From Raillietiella orientalis (taxonomy: Eukaryota), in assembly GCA_036172245.1 (NCBI GenBank), contig JAYWIR010000006.1:992001-1056000 (forward strand): a stretch of DNA of 64,000 nucleotides, written 5' to 3'. The notes under the pieces were generated by a model. The model had not been told where the DNA came from. It did no database searches and saw nothing but the letters and a program-made list of their open reading frames with translations. This document shows, piece after piece, positions 25,408-37,950 of the stretch. Position numbers and translations under genes: made by a program. Every line of letters starts with the position of its first letter. Position 1 is the first letter of the stretch.

Positions 25408-28400
25408 CTACAACGTCTCCAAGAGCCGTAGGACTTCCGACATCGTCTCCTGAGGTCTGTTCACGGGGATGCCCTTCACGTTCGGGTGCACGATGAGCTC
25501 GTAGTCGTTGCCTCCGGGGGTATATTTGTCCCCGAAGAAGTACAGAGCGTCGAAGTTTTCCTTCTCGAGGAACTGCAGGCAGTAGGTTTTGTCCCACCCG
25601 ACAGGAAAGACGTCGAAACTGATCTGCCCACCTGCAAAGAAGAGGCGAGATGAGCCTGGCGAAGCTGAAGAGCGAAAGAAGCGCTTGACCATGGTAACAA
25701 AGAGTTGGACGAGGTGGTGGGGGGGGAGGAGGAAAGGAGGAAAGAGGAGGAGGAAAAGGAAGAAAAGGATCGCGTGACACGTGGTGTCGTTTACGGAGAC
25801 GCCGAGCGGACAGCGCGCTCCCAGCACAACTCCGTGCAGGCTCTTCGCAATCTCGGGACAACACCCTTCTTTTCGGAGAAGGCGGGTGCCGAGTGGTGAC
25901 GCATGCTCAGCGAGTGCAACTCGCCCGAGCAAGCGACAGCCGAAAGGGTTGGCGCCGCCACCCCCCGTTGATCGAGGGGCGCTGGCAGCCGCGCTGCAAG
26001 CGAGGCTCTCCCAAGATGAGGATGTCTTCCGAGGGACCGTGAGAGGTCGAGAATTCCTGGTTCGCCCGATGACCCAGGCGGCTCCTGGATTCGACTCGAT
26101 GTTGGTACGGGAGTCGTCTTTTTGCAAGGGGTGTTAGACGCGCATGGCACTTGTCCCCTGGACCCTTCCAAGTGCCGAACGGACTGTGCCTACAAAGGAC
26201 AGTTGTGCGCGTGCGCTGCGTTTCGTAGTTGGGTACGTGCGTGGTTTCCATGCCGGCCGAAGCAGGGAGGAGGCAGGAGGGAAAGGGAACTTTGAGGGTT
26301 TCGAGGCTGTTTTTCGAGAACTGACGCATGCATGGGATGCTCCCTCACCTCGTGTGATGGGAGAAGCCACGTGGAATCACACAGCTGATGACAAGACGGT
26401 GGGAGCAGGCGTTCCGACAGAACACTTCCGCCGATCTTTCCTGCAGCATTGCTTGGGCGGGTCTGACGCATCTGCGGGAACTGATTCCGGCATCTGATAA
26501 ACCCGGAAACGGGGCCGACCGCTCTTCTTCCTCTTCGCCAGGAGCAAGGCTTCCGGCACGGCTCCCGCGAAGCTAATCTTAGCCGACGGAGGAGAGTCAG
26601 GCAGACGACGGTCACGCGGGTAGTGCCCTCCTCCGATCGCAGAGAACATGAACCGGCGCCAGCAGGAGCCTCCTCGAGCGCTGAGAGGAATGCGAGGCGC
26701 GCACTGTCTCCTCGAACCACGTCATCCTCCGACGCCAAACACGTCACTCGATTTCATAAATCTGTCACGCTTTTTTTTCTCTTTCTTTCTTTCCTGTCTG
26801 TCGCAAAGAAGAGGAATTCCGAGACGCTTCGAACCGGATCAGCTCCGCTTTCGTCATGAGGATTCCAAATGGCATTCCGCTGTACCTCCGGCAACAACGT
26901 GTGCACCATCCATCTTTGGCCGAATCCCCTTCCGGGATGTTTAACAGGGGATCGGTTCGTTCAGCTGGACGCGCTCTGCTGCTCTGCTCTGCAAACTGAT
27001 CCGCATCCGGCGATGCTGCCAACTCTCCGAAGCGCTAAAAGTCACACTGGCTGATGGCAGCGACCCTTGCACGAATTGCGGCGGGGAAGGGAGGGGAGGG
27101 GGGGAAGGTGCCGTGGGAAAGCACACACCTGGTAGGAGCGTGTTTCCCTTCTCGTGCAACACTTTTTTTCGTCTGTGGACACACACGCTCACAGCAAAAG
27201 TAAGGGAAAACACACCCGTATGACACGGAGGCACGCACGTTGTCCGGGGAGACGAGAATTCATCTACACACGGATAAATCAAAGGATGAAGACGGGTACA
27301 CAGAAGCAGGCAATGCGATGGAGTATCCCCAACGCAGATGCACTCGACAGCACAGAAGAGAGGTCCGTGAATGCGAATCAAACAAACCTATGCTATACTG
27401 GAGGTGGTATTTCGAGAACTCGTTTTTCAGGACCTCGATGAAAGTCTTCCTTACGTGGTGGACCTGATCGTATTCCTCGAACTCGTTCCGCTCGTCCACG
27501 GTACAGTTCCTGCCAATCGGGGAAACGTTCAGCAGCCCCGTTCGACACTCAAGGAAGGTTCCCCTCTTGATGGGGATGTCCAAGTCGCCAATGTAATGCA
27601 AGCAAAAGTTCACCAGCTTTTGGAATTTCTCTTCCGTTACGAAAGACACGAAATTCTGATGCGGGAACGAACATGCAAATAGCAATGAAAGGTCACCTGG
27701 TTCGGACAGACCTGCTTGGCTATGCACTCCCCGTCCTTGAACGCTACTAACCCGTTTTCCGGAAAAACGTAATCAAACATCGTCAGAACTGAAATTGCGA
27801 AATGATGAATCCATTGGCCGACATTCGGTCCGGCTTATTTACCAGGACAAGGAACCATCTGCTCCTCGAGCTTACACAAATCCGAACCCCCGATGACGCC
27901 CACGGATGCCTTCGTTTTCAACCGGTGCAAGAGCTCGACCATTTCACTTGTGATCCTCTAAACAAGAAAAAAAGGAACGCTGAAAAGGGCTGACGATGGC
28001 CAAGCGTCGGTCCGCGTCTAATGAATGCCCCCTTTATTTACCTACACGTTAAGTGCACTTGGGTTCTCCGAACAAAGAGGAAAGAGCCCCCTAGTTCATG
28101 AAATATCATCACCGGGGTAATATCAGAAAGATAAATGCCACCTGTTAAACGGTTGCGGCAAGGGAGAGAAGGAAAAAACGAAACTGAAATGATGCAAACA
28201 TCCTGTTAAATGCGAACTCGGGGAAAAGGTAGCACTGCTGATTCAAAGAATAGACAGGTGCGTCCACGACCGCGCTTTGGAGCATTCCGCCTCATCTCTA
28301 CGAACATGCTTCTTTTTTTTTTTTTTTTTTTCCTCCGGGAGACGGGGAGCAGCGTCTGAATGCCACACACACATGTGGATTAAGGCCACTTCGTGGTCCG

Positions 28401-28939
28401 GCCACAACCAAGTCCTGCCAGCGGATACAAGCACGCTCCACCCAACCCAAGGCACAGCATTGATTAACAACTTGTCTTGCTGCAACTGCCTGGCCAAGGA
28501 TTCTTCGACCCAGACAGGATAAGAAGAGGAACTCAGCATCCAGTGCATTCTAGTGCACGGTTCTCATTGGAAACGCACGCACGCACGCAACTTCCGAATC
28601 GCGAACGGCAGCAGCTCACAACCATGGGTATAAACGATATTACAAAAGCCACATTTGAAGACACATTATAATAGAAGCAAATTAGCAATCGCCCACGAAT
28701 CCTTCCTCAGAATAATAATCGAGCCCCCGTCTCCAACTCGCAGATTCATTGCAAGACTCACGCCCAAAAGTTGTTGGGGTACCGCGACAAAAAACAAAAT
28801 CTACTGCAAATCCCTACTGAATGCAATTTGCAAGACTGCTTTAATTGAAGGTAAATGACCATGACCCATGACTCACTTGACGGGGTTCTGTTAATGTTCC
28901 ATCCACGTCAAACAAGAACATGGTCTTCAACTTTGCCAT
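25408..28939 (-). CDS. PMM2: Phosphomannomutase (HAD family), 248 aa
   Basis: Exons 28939-28877, 27957-27843, 27788-27712, 27655-27388 and 25631-25408; GT-AG, 747 nt. Motifs: LFDVDGTLT (catalytic DxDGT), VIGGSD, FPENGL, KRGTFLECRTGLLNVSPIGRNC, GGQISFDVFP.GWDKTYCL, FFGDKYTPGGNDYE. Confidence 0.97.
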
Positions 28940-31900
28940 CGCTGCGGCCAAGTACGAATTACTACTGCTGCAGCTCCAGCGAAGATCTGCCTTACACGTC
29001 CCTTCCAACAAGGATTACCAAGTTATTCGTTATTTTTCGAAAACAAAAACCATTTGAATTTGAATTCATATGAATTCTTTCCGATAAGTTTTTTTTTTTT
29101 TTTTTTTTTACAAACAGTGATGGAAACTGAAAAATATGATAAAATTCCGACTACTCTATGATGGATGGGACATAAAGGAGTTTAACCTCATCAAGAATTT
29201 CTCCAATCTTATAAGCCATTGTGCTAAGGAAGAAATAATGCTAATAAAAAAAAAAAGATGGTGAGATGCACTTTAACGATTTAGTTCCAATCAGAAAGCT
29301 TTGGATACTTACTGTTCTTTGATCATAGAAAAGATAACTTTTTAATCTGATTGAAAATTTCAGATGAATGCATGCAATATTTTCTTCATCCATCGGATAT
29401 ACGTGTCTTGCCACATGAAATATACCCAAATTCATCTATAAGAAATTAAATTACTCCAGCGATTTTTCCTAAAGGAAAGCGTGAAAAACTGCATAAATTG
29501 TTAAGTTGCTCCTCTGGTCCATAGATTCCCATTATGAAACAATAGCAACAGATACCGGTTACATAAAATGGAATAATGTTATAGATTCCTATATTTCGCG
29601 TTTTGAAAACACTTACAATTCATCACTCCTCGCTGAAAATTATTCGAGAATCCAATTCCTTAATCCTTTAGTATTGTGGTACTCTACTATGTGTTTCTAG
29701 TATTAAAATAACTTTCTTGATAGTCAGTTGATCAAAAACTTTTGTAATGCGTAAGTGCAGTTTGGAAACTGAATTAGAATATTTTCCGAAATCAAAATTT
29801 TCGGTCACTGCTTTACCTAACAGATATCCCCCATACATATTTGTATTCGTATGGATATGCCTTGATTTTTAATCCTACTTGTTTTTATACATTTCTATAA
29901 AATAAGCACAAGATTAAAAAAGTGAAAAACTATCTTATAAAAAACAAATCATAAACATGTATATATAAATGTAAAGTCATTCATTTCAAACACATTTTAT
30001 TATACTTGTATCTTTCTGCAACTGCTGGTTTACCTCAAGCATATTCATTTATTTCAAGCAGCTTTTTCAAAAGGGAACTCTTACATCTAAATTCATGAAG
30101 TATCTTGTAGAAAGAATGCAAAGGTCGATACAAAGCACAGTCATACGTATTGTAACACAATCTTGGTTTCCGAAAGTAAGATGGAAAATACTTAAAACTG
30201 CTTTTCCATATCACAATGCAAAAGCTCACTTCGTGAGCTTGATTCCTCATTTCAGCTTTTGCATAATATTTTCAGTTTTTGCAGCTACTGAAAAATAAAA
30301 GATATTTCATAAAATTCATGATTCAACTTTGGGATAATAAATTTCATTGGTGAAATGTGAGTTTGTTTTTAAGTGAAAACAAAGCAAAACAAATAACTTG
30401 GAAATTCTAGGTTTTGAAATTTGCTGTTCCGACAATACAGTGAAAAATGTATTTTCATGTCAGCTCCAGAAAAGTGTTGAAAATAGCAACTGGATATTTA
30501 TCTATCCACAGTGGACCGAAATAAACAGTCACCTAATGTATCAAGTTGATCAACTAGATCAATCAGGAAATTCAATGTCTTACTGTGTAAGTTTAAATTT
30601 TGACCATTCGAAGACTTTTGATACATTTCATTTTTAATGTTTATTACTAATTTACAAATCCTGGGAAACATCCGAACATAGTTGCTATTGATAGTAAGAA
30701 GACGATGATTATTTGTAGATATAAAACAGAAACTTGAGACTAATATACTAAAAGGACACCTATTCTAATTCCTAAAGCACATCACTTTCTCATTGGTTAT
30801 AGTATGATATGCCATATCCATTTATTTGATTACTCCTATATTCTTTGAACGAGACATTCTCCTATTTTAACAAGCCAGATAGAAAGAAAAAAAAAAAAAA
30901 CTCCACTTTGCAATCCTTTTTGATTTTAATGAAGCAGCACATTTATGGCGGTGGTTTGTTCGATTACATATTCATGCTTGTGGTGATACCCTTGAAGTTT
31001 TGACACCATTGCGAATCCCCAAATCTTTGAATAAGAAGCACTTGTGCTTCCATAAGAAACTGCACGTCGCATTGAAATAACCCGGTAATATCTTTGTTCC
31101 GATGTCTTTTTCCTGAAGCTTATCTTTTATGGCGTGCCGTTTTAACAACTGATAGGAATATTATCTCCTTTCAGTAATATCTGTTTGGCATGGCTCATCA
31201 CCAATGGGAGGCACTTGTGCTTCTAAAGATAACTAAAGATGTAGACAGGACTCATCAGAGGCATATCTTAAGAATCTGTCTCAATATGTTCTGGAACTGA
31301 GAATCGATGGCAATCATGTGCACCATAGAGATGCCGAGCAGTTCCTCTAACAGCATCGAAAAGAGGAAATGCAAACAAAATATGGGCATCTGTTTTCAAA
31401 GAGACAAAAGATCTTTATGGGAAACTCCCAGATCGGCTAAAACAATGAGTCTCTATGGATTGTCTCCCCTTGTATTTGGAATCGTTTCGGAAAAACGACG
31501 CTGTCACAATGCGTCTGCAAAAACCTAAGAAAGATTGGTATGCGTGTAAACCCCTTGAAAGAAGAATGATAATTTTCTGTAGCTGCATAAAATGTCCAGA
31601 GGCGGTGCAATGGAGGATGCACGTGAGGAAGACGAATAATGTATGCCCCTGAAAGTTCAAGTGATGTCTCCTACTTAAAGTACAAGCCACAATATCGGTT
31701 TGTTTATCTGACAGCTGTAGTTTCGAGGGTGTTGTAATTGTTAGACGTGAAAACTTGTAAAAATCATTTCACCTTGTTCCGTGTTCCGGCCGAGTAAAAC
31801 TCGCAGTACAGTTAGGAAACCTGTAAATTCCATGTTTAATATTAAGTGCTCACGCTTCCTTGCATAGCAAAGCGGTGGCCAACGCTCTCCATCCATGAAG

Positions 31901-32777
31901 GCAATCTCATTACTTATACATTAATAACGAAAAATATGGTAAATTTGGCACGTTCGCTTAAAGGTACCCGTGAGGCAAAGCAAGCCCTTGTAATTTAAAT
32001 AATCACTCATGTTGTTATAGATCACATGATAGCATCTACTTTGGTGGCATGATTCCTAAATTTACCTAATTTAATTTACCTAAATTAGTAGTTTTAGGTG
32101 AAACTGAACAAAGGTCACAATGTTGTCACTTTCTTTGAATAAATGATGATACTGCCTGTGAGCTTCGGTGCATTTCAAAGGTCAGGATTTCGTTTTCAAA
32201 ATATAAGTTAATCTTTGGATTGGAAAAGATGGTAAGGAAATAGCCCATGTCTTGAATTTTAAAACTGCACAGTAGTGAGAGAAAACAGAGTTGGGAAGCA
32301 CCTGCAAACATCATTCAGCTTGTTTCCATCTAAAATCACCAGGAAAACGCTCTACAGCAGTTGATAATAACCTATAATTAAATAAAGAGTTAAATAATCT
32401 GCCATGCATACACAAGCAGGTGCTTTCCAATGGATTCTCGATGTACTATGCTAACATTCCACAGGTGTCCCCTCACCTTTGCTAGAAAGATCTAATTTGT
32501 TCAGGACTTGTTTTAAGTGCATGAATTCCCCATCTCACTGCATGCTTAATATCTTAAAATGATGAAATTATGAAGAACCTACCTGCTATAAATGGATAAT
32601 GCAAAGAGACCTACAATCATGAAAAATAATCCAAAAGACTAGGGTGAATAACGCAGTAATAAGACTAAAAAACATGCCACCTTAAAACAAAAAAGTGCAA
32701 AGCCTTTTATATCCCTTTCTTTCTGATTAATTTTAAGTTTATTTAACACCAAGTCCTCTTCAACTCTCTCAAATATA

Positions 32778-33917
32778 TTATGTTTTTTTCTTCCCTAAAG
32801 CAGCATTCATGGCATCAATTTTTGCAGTTTTAGCTTCTTCTTTTACTAAAATTACATTCAAAGAGAAAATTAGGATATAAAAACTCGTACGCACTTCTTT
32901 TTTCTTCCTCTCGTTTTTTTGCAGCTTCTTCTCTTTGTTTGCGAATTGTGTTTAATCTGATCAAATCTGCCTGTGCTTCAGCTGTTTTCCCTTGAGCATG
33001 TAATTTTTGGTATTGTAATTTCAATCTTTGCTTTTCAATCTCTTCTCTGCTGGTTTTAAAGACAAATGCATTCATATGATAAAACTTACTTTTGCTTTCT
33101 TGTCAGTTCTACTGCTGTATCAGGTTCATTCAAATCACCTGTTTTTTTAACTTGTGCTTGTGTTCGGTTTGGATTCTGTATTTCTATTAATCCTTGGACT
33201 CCCTTATTTCTTACCTAAACATATTCAAAATAGACACATTTAAGTGGAACCCAAATAAGTCTGATCTTGGTTTATCATGCATGTTTAAAATAATCAGAAG
33301 ATTTTTACCGGTGCCTCCACTGATTCATCACCAGAACTGCTCGAGCTACTGCTTTCGTCTTCTGAATTCTCATGCTGCTCCTGAACATGAAATAATTGAT
33401 AAGTACCATGGATGTGCAAACTGTGCAGTTAGTTGAATATATTCATCCAGATACAGAGGCAGAATAGGTACAGTAATTTACACATCACATGAAGATGTGA
33501 ATATTTATCTATTCTTACAAATGCTTGTTTTCCATATATCCAACTTATGCATGTCACAATGGCCACTTACAAGATGTTGTGGCATGTTACCTCTATTAAT
33601 TAGTAGGCAACAGTCCTAATTTAGCAGATCTATGTTGCAGTTTTGCAAACAATACAATTATTTGGATACACATTTCAGCATGCAAGACAAACAGTTATTC
33701 ATGGACTCATTTATACCCGCCATTGCCTTTCTCGTTCTTGCTTCCTCATCTGTTGGCGAATTTCTTCAGGTGAGGTAAAGTGGCGTTGTTGCCCCTTTTT
33801 ATTGCTGCCACGTCCTAACAAATATAAGATTGTTGATTTACAAACATAAAGCATTCTCACTTTATAAAAATGATTAGCAACATCAATAACAGAAAAAAAC
33901 TACCAACCTCTTGGCAT
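32778..33917 (-). CDS. PDAP1: 28 kDa heat- and acid-stable phosphoprotein (PP28 family), ~174 aa
   Basis: Exons 33917-33908, 33814-33717, 33380-33309, 33214-33090, 33046-32895 and 32845-32778; 525 nt, in frame. Motifs: [77 protein letters not shown] (minus strand) at 32738-32743. Confidence 0.93.
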
Positions 33918-34654
33918 GTTTAAATCTACTTAGAACTAAAAGCTGTATACCATAACAAATAACAATGTCAATGCAACAAAAGATTAAATTCTGGATTCTA
34001 AAAGAGATGAAATAAAAGTTTACATATATCTGCATCACTGATATTCACAACAAATTCCTAAATTTCCAAAACAATACAAGAAAAGCAACAAGCAAAAGTA
34101 GGAAAAACAAATGTCCTTAAAAAACGAAAAATTTATTAATAGTTCAAATACCAATGCATTACGGACATTCAAAATAAAATGAAATTAAATCTACAGTGTT
34201 TTAGATGCATTATATTCAAACACCAAACAAAACAAATTTTGAAAATACACTGTCATGAAGTTTGGAAAACTTCATCACAAATCTCTGAAAGTAAATCTTA
34301 CAGATTAAAATAATGAATGCAACATTTTTTAAAATAAAAACATTAGTCCTTTTTAACAATAATCATAGTGGCAATCCACACATGATCCTCCAAAATTGAA
34401 TAGATTCTGCAATTATTTTCTACAAAATATGAATTGTTCTATGCAAAGAAAAAAAATAAGATGAATAAAAATAAGTTGACTGAACACATCTTTATCTTCA
34501 CTTTAAGTCCTTCCCAACCCAATGTTCACGGTGTACGACTTCCGGATGAAACATTACATTCTTTCTATCTGTACCTGTCTAACAGTAACATGACATTTTG
34601 TTCAAGCATGGCTACACAAACCTTTTTAAAATATTAATTAAAATTGTACAAGAA

Positions 34655-35134
34655 CTATGAACCCAACCATGTGTTACTATAAAATTTCAAGGGGTCACTT
34701 CCACTTAATTTTTTAATTTCTTTTTGAAGGAACAAAACAACTGATTTCTGATATGAGAAACTGCATTGCTTCAATTTCAAAAACCATCTGAACAAATCCT
34801 CACACGAGGAGCACAGAAATATCATCTTTTTGAAAGGTTCTGTATTAAATATTAGCGAAAATGCAAATGGATGATTAATGGATTCTTCAAATTGTATGAT
34901 ATAGTCTTCCATCACAATGATTGCTATTGGGTCTTCAGGAAAATAACTACGGTCTTTAAAATGTAAAAGTAAGTTTCTCGTCAACACGAACCAATTAATG
35001 GAAACATCTTGAACATTAATGTAAACGGGGTAATTTTTATGTTTTTTACAATCTAATTTTACAAACCCTAAGTATCCTTTTAAATCGTAATTTCTTATGA
35101 GCACGTTCGCGTATTGAGCTTTATTAAATTTCAT
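34655..35134 (-). CDS. PLEKHJ1: Single-exon PH-domain protein, PLEKHJ1-like, 159 aa
   Basis: Uninterrupted ORF from ATG 35134 (MKFN...). PH-fold pattern WFVLTRNLLLHFK...EDPIAIIVME...FAFSLIF...FLCSSCEDLFRWF, and a family-like tail SFSYQKSVVLFLQKEIKKLSGSDPL. Confidence 0.85.
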   Translation of the reverse strand: MKFNKAQYANVLIRNYDLKGYLGFVKLDCKKHKNYPVYINVQDVSINWFVLTRNLLLHFKDRSYFPEDPIAIIVMEDYIIQFEESINHPFAFSLIFNTEPFKKMIFLCSSCEDLFRWFLKLKQCSFSYQKSVVLFLQKEIKKLSGSDPLKFYSNTWLGS

Positions 35135-36074
35135 TTTGCATACATTACACACAGACTACGCAATTAGATTTGATGGACGGTTTTATTTGTCTTCATTTCT
35201 GTAAATAACAATCACTGCTCGAAAGATACACGCAAAAATGAATTTCCACACTTTTGTACTGTGTACCTTACCATTTAAAAGACAGTGGCACAAGAAAACA
35301 CAATTGCCAGGTTTGTAATGGAAAATTTGCATCTAGCATTTTGTGGATTTCTAACTTGCCTTGTAAGTCAATTAATTACCGATATTATTCACAAATTTTC
35401 AGAAATTCATGTAGCAAATTTTTTCTGATTCTAAAGAAAGCTCAAATAAATATTCTATTATTGAGGTTTTATCTCGAGATCAGAATAAGCTTTTTATTTA
35501 TGAAAAAACTCCAAATATATTTTTCACCAAGTTTTTTAAATTGAATATTTCTACTTTTAGATTTATCGAATGAATCTTAGTATGATAGTATCATTTGCTA
35601 GTACATTCTACATGGAAATTTTTGTTTTTTACTCAGAGAAAAGCAAAAACTGCGACTTCAACTAAATTTTTCAGTCTCTGAAAAACCATTAATTGGTCTC
35701 ATATACACTTGAGTCAAATAAATGATAGTGCTTATATAGTGAGGAAACAACATTACCATACAGATAGAGACACACTTAAATCTTCATCAAATATTGCCAT
35801 ATATCGATTTTGAATAAGTCATTCAGTATTCAGCTTGTTAAGTTTCATGCAATCTTTTCCATTTGATCTTCTTACCTTATCAAAAAAAAGATTCGTTAAA
35901 AAGCTTCCATAAAAAAAAATCCTGGATCTTTAATGTTTCAAGCACATGAATTCCTTAACTACTCAAGAATTCTATTGTGTAATCACGTTATGTAGCCTTA
36001 TTTAGAGCAGCAACAACAGATACATATTCTTCATATTTCACACACTAGCGCAAAGAACAGTTTTATTTTCAATC

Positions 36075-37950
36075 AACATCGGTATACTCCGACCAGTCGT
36101 CGATCATCCACATCGGTTCGGCGTGGGCTGGACGGCCGTACTGGATGCGCTTGGGGATCCCCACGGGAGGGTGCTTTAAGTACCTTGGCGTTCCGTTGGG
36201 TCACTTCTGCGCAGCAGAAGCCTGGTCCGACCGTCTCCAAAAGGCAGAGTTGGCGATCAGCCCGTTCCGTGACGGCAAGTTTTACTTGCAGGAACGGGCC
36301 GCGGTGTGGAACGCTTTTGCGACTCCCCTCCTCCACCTCCTACTTTTTGTTTTCCCCGCCCCACCCCAGATCAAGAGGAGGACACGCGACCTCCTAAGAA
36401 AAGCCCTGTGGGGCAATCAGAGGTTTCGCATCCGGCTTAAAGACTTGTCCGCTCCACGCAGGGATGGTGGACTCCGTCTCCTGACGATGGAGTGCATGGA
36501 GCGCCAGCTCCAAATACGCAAACTCGCCCTTCTGGTGAGATACTGGACTGCGCTATGATGCATCCCGACACGTCTTCTCGCCAATAGGGCAACCAGTTGC
36601 AACGGACTGACCTCAATCCTTGTTGCTAACAAATGCAGCCTAAACCATTGTGGTTTTCAACTGCGCGACGTGGTTGCCCTGGTGAGGGAAAATACCTGGA
36701 TCTCCTGCGTCTCCGCGAACTGGACTACCTGACTCCAGGAGTGAGTTTCCGCGTGGGCAAAGATCAACGGCTCCAGCGATGTGGACTTCTCCTGACTTCG
36801 TAAAGGCAGGTACGCTGGCCAGCCCCTGCGGGAGATCTTTACCAACCCCAGAAACTTCTGTGGGCTTCCTCTACCCCCCTTGCCCCGTGCTGCCCACCCT
36901 GAGAGGCGCTAGTGACAGACAACAGGAGGCATCGTGGGAAGTATCCTACCCTATCAGAGGAGGAAAACACTCTTGAAGGCGTGGACATCTCAGGAATTAG
37001 CGGACACTGCAGCCCCGAGTGTCCCGCCGAATGGATTTGTGCGCTGGGGCGAGCTACTCGGCATAACTCCGGAGGAGGTGAAGTGGTCCCCAACGCATTG
37101 GGACAATGGCACCCTCCTTTTAGATTGGCAGGAGACGGCGCTGCTTTTACACCCGGGTGCGCCGGGGCGTTTATTTTTTAGTAAAAACAAACAAGCAAGT
37201 GTAGGGCTATTGCCGCTACAGCGTCCTAAAAAATGTTCTAATAAAGAGTCTGAAATTGCCGAGTAGCAAGCACGCAGGCTGGCGAGTTCGACTCGGCAGC
37301 GGGGGGGGAAAGGACAAGGAGACGGCGCTGCTAGTGCTGCATTGGAGACTCCTTTGCAGAGCACGCGTTCCCCACTGGACACTGGGGAGTGTGGATGCCA
37401 ATTGTGCAGGGTGCGGGGAAAGGGAAACCTTCCCACATCTCCTCATCGAATGTGTCTCCCTCCGCCCATGTGGGATCGACTCCCGTCGATCGTGAACATT
37501 TCGGTGGGCGACCCAAAAGACATTTTCCGTCGCCTCCAGATGCGGAACGCCCTGCCAGCAGCCGCGTGTGTTGCAGTTCTTTGCTACATACGCGGCATCC
37601 TAGAGAAGTGGACTGCGTCGAGGAGAGGACACCAAAGCCGGGATGCAATTCATTGGGCAGTCATCTCCATGGAGAAGGCTACCCAATGGCGCCGACTGAG
37701 AAAACACTTACCGGCACTTGCTCGCGCCCGAAACCGGATGCAGATGACTCATCGCGGCGATCAGTGATCCCATCCCTTCCCTCCCCATCCCATAAAACTT
37801 TGTCTCCCCCGGCGTTTTTCTTTTTTTTGTTTTCTTTTTTTGGGGGGTTTCCAGCCCCTTCGCCCGTGTAGAGGACCTCACAGGACTGTGGGTCCGTAAG
37901 GACAAGTGCAACAAGACAGTCAGAACCATGTGTTCTCACTGAAAAAAAAA
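36075..37950 (+). mobile_element. 5'-truncated Tx1/L1-clade non-LTR retrotransposon (RT thumb, zf-RVT CCHC knuckle, 3' UTR, A-tail); inactivated
   Basis: FKYLGVPLG, a region ending LSAPRRDGGLRLL (P...GGL.L), and a CAGC...ETFPHLLIEC zinc knuckle. A pyrimidine-rich 3' UTR ends in A9 at 37942-37950. GC-rich against AT-rich flanks; internal stops and frameshifts. Confidence 0.9.
37146..37316 (-). mobile_element. 171-bp retroposed insert (SINE or LINE 3' end) with a 16-bp target-site duplication, inside the Tx1-like element
   Basis: AGGAGACGGCGCTGCT at 37130-37145 and 37317-37332. Removing the insert plus one copy rejoins the host ORF as DWQETALL-VLHWRLL. The minus strand of the insert ends AATAAA, a CCCGG/CCGGG hairpin, then short As. 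Confidence 0.8.

Noticed and set aside
15300..28900. Dense overlapping 60-316 aa ORFs on both strands
   Set aside because: Expected from stop-codon scarcity in GC-rich DNA. The only recognisable coding parts are TAF5L and PMM2 exons and LINE remnants.
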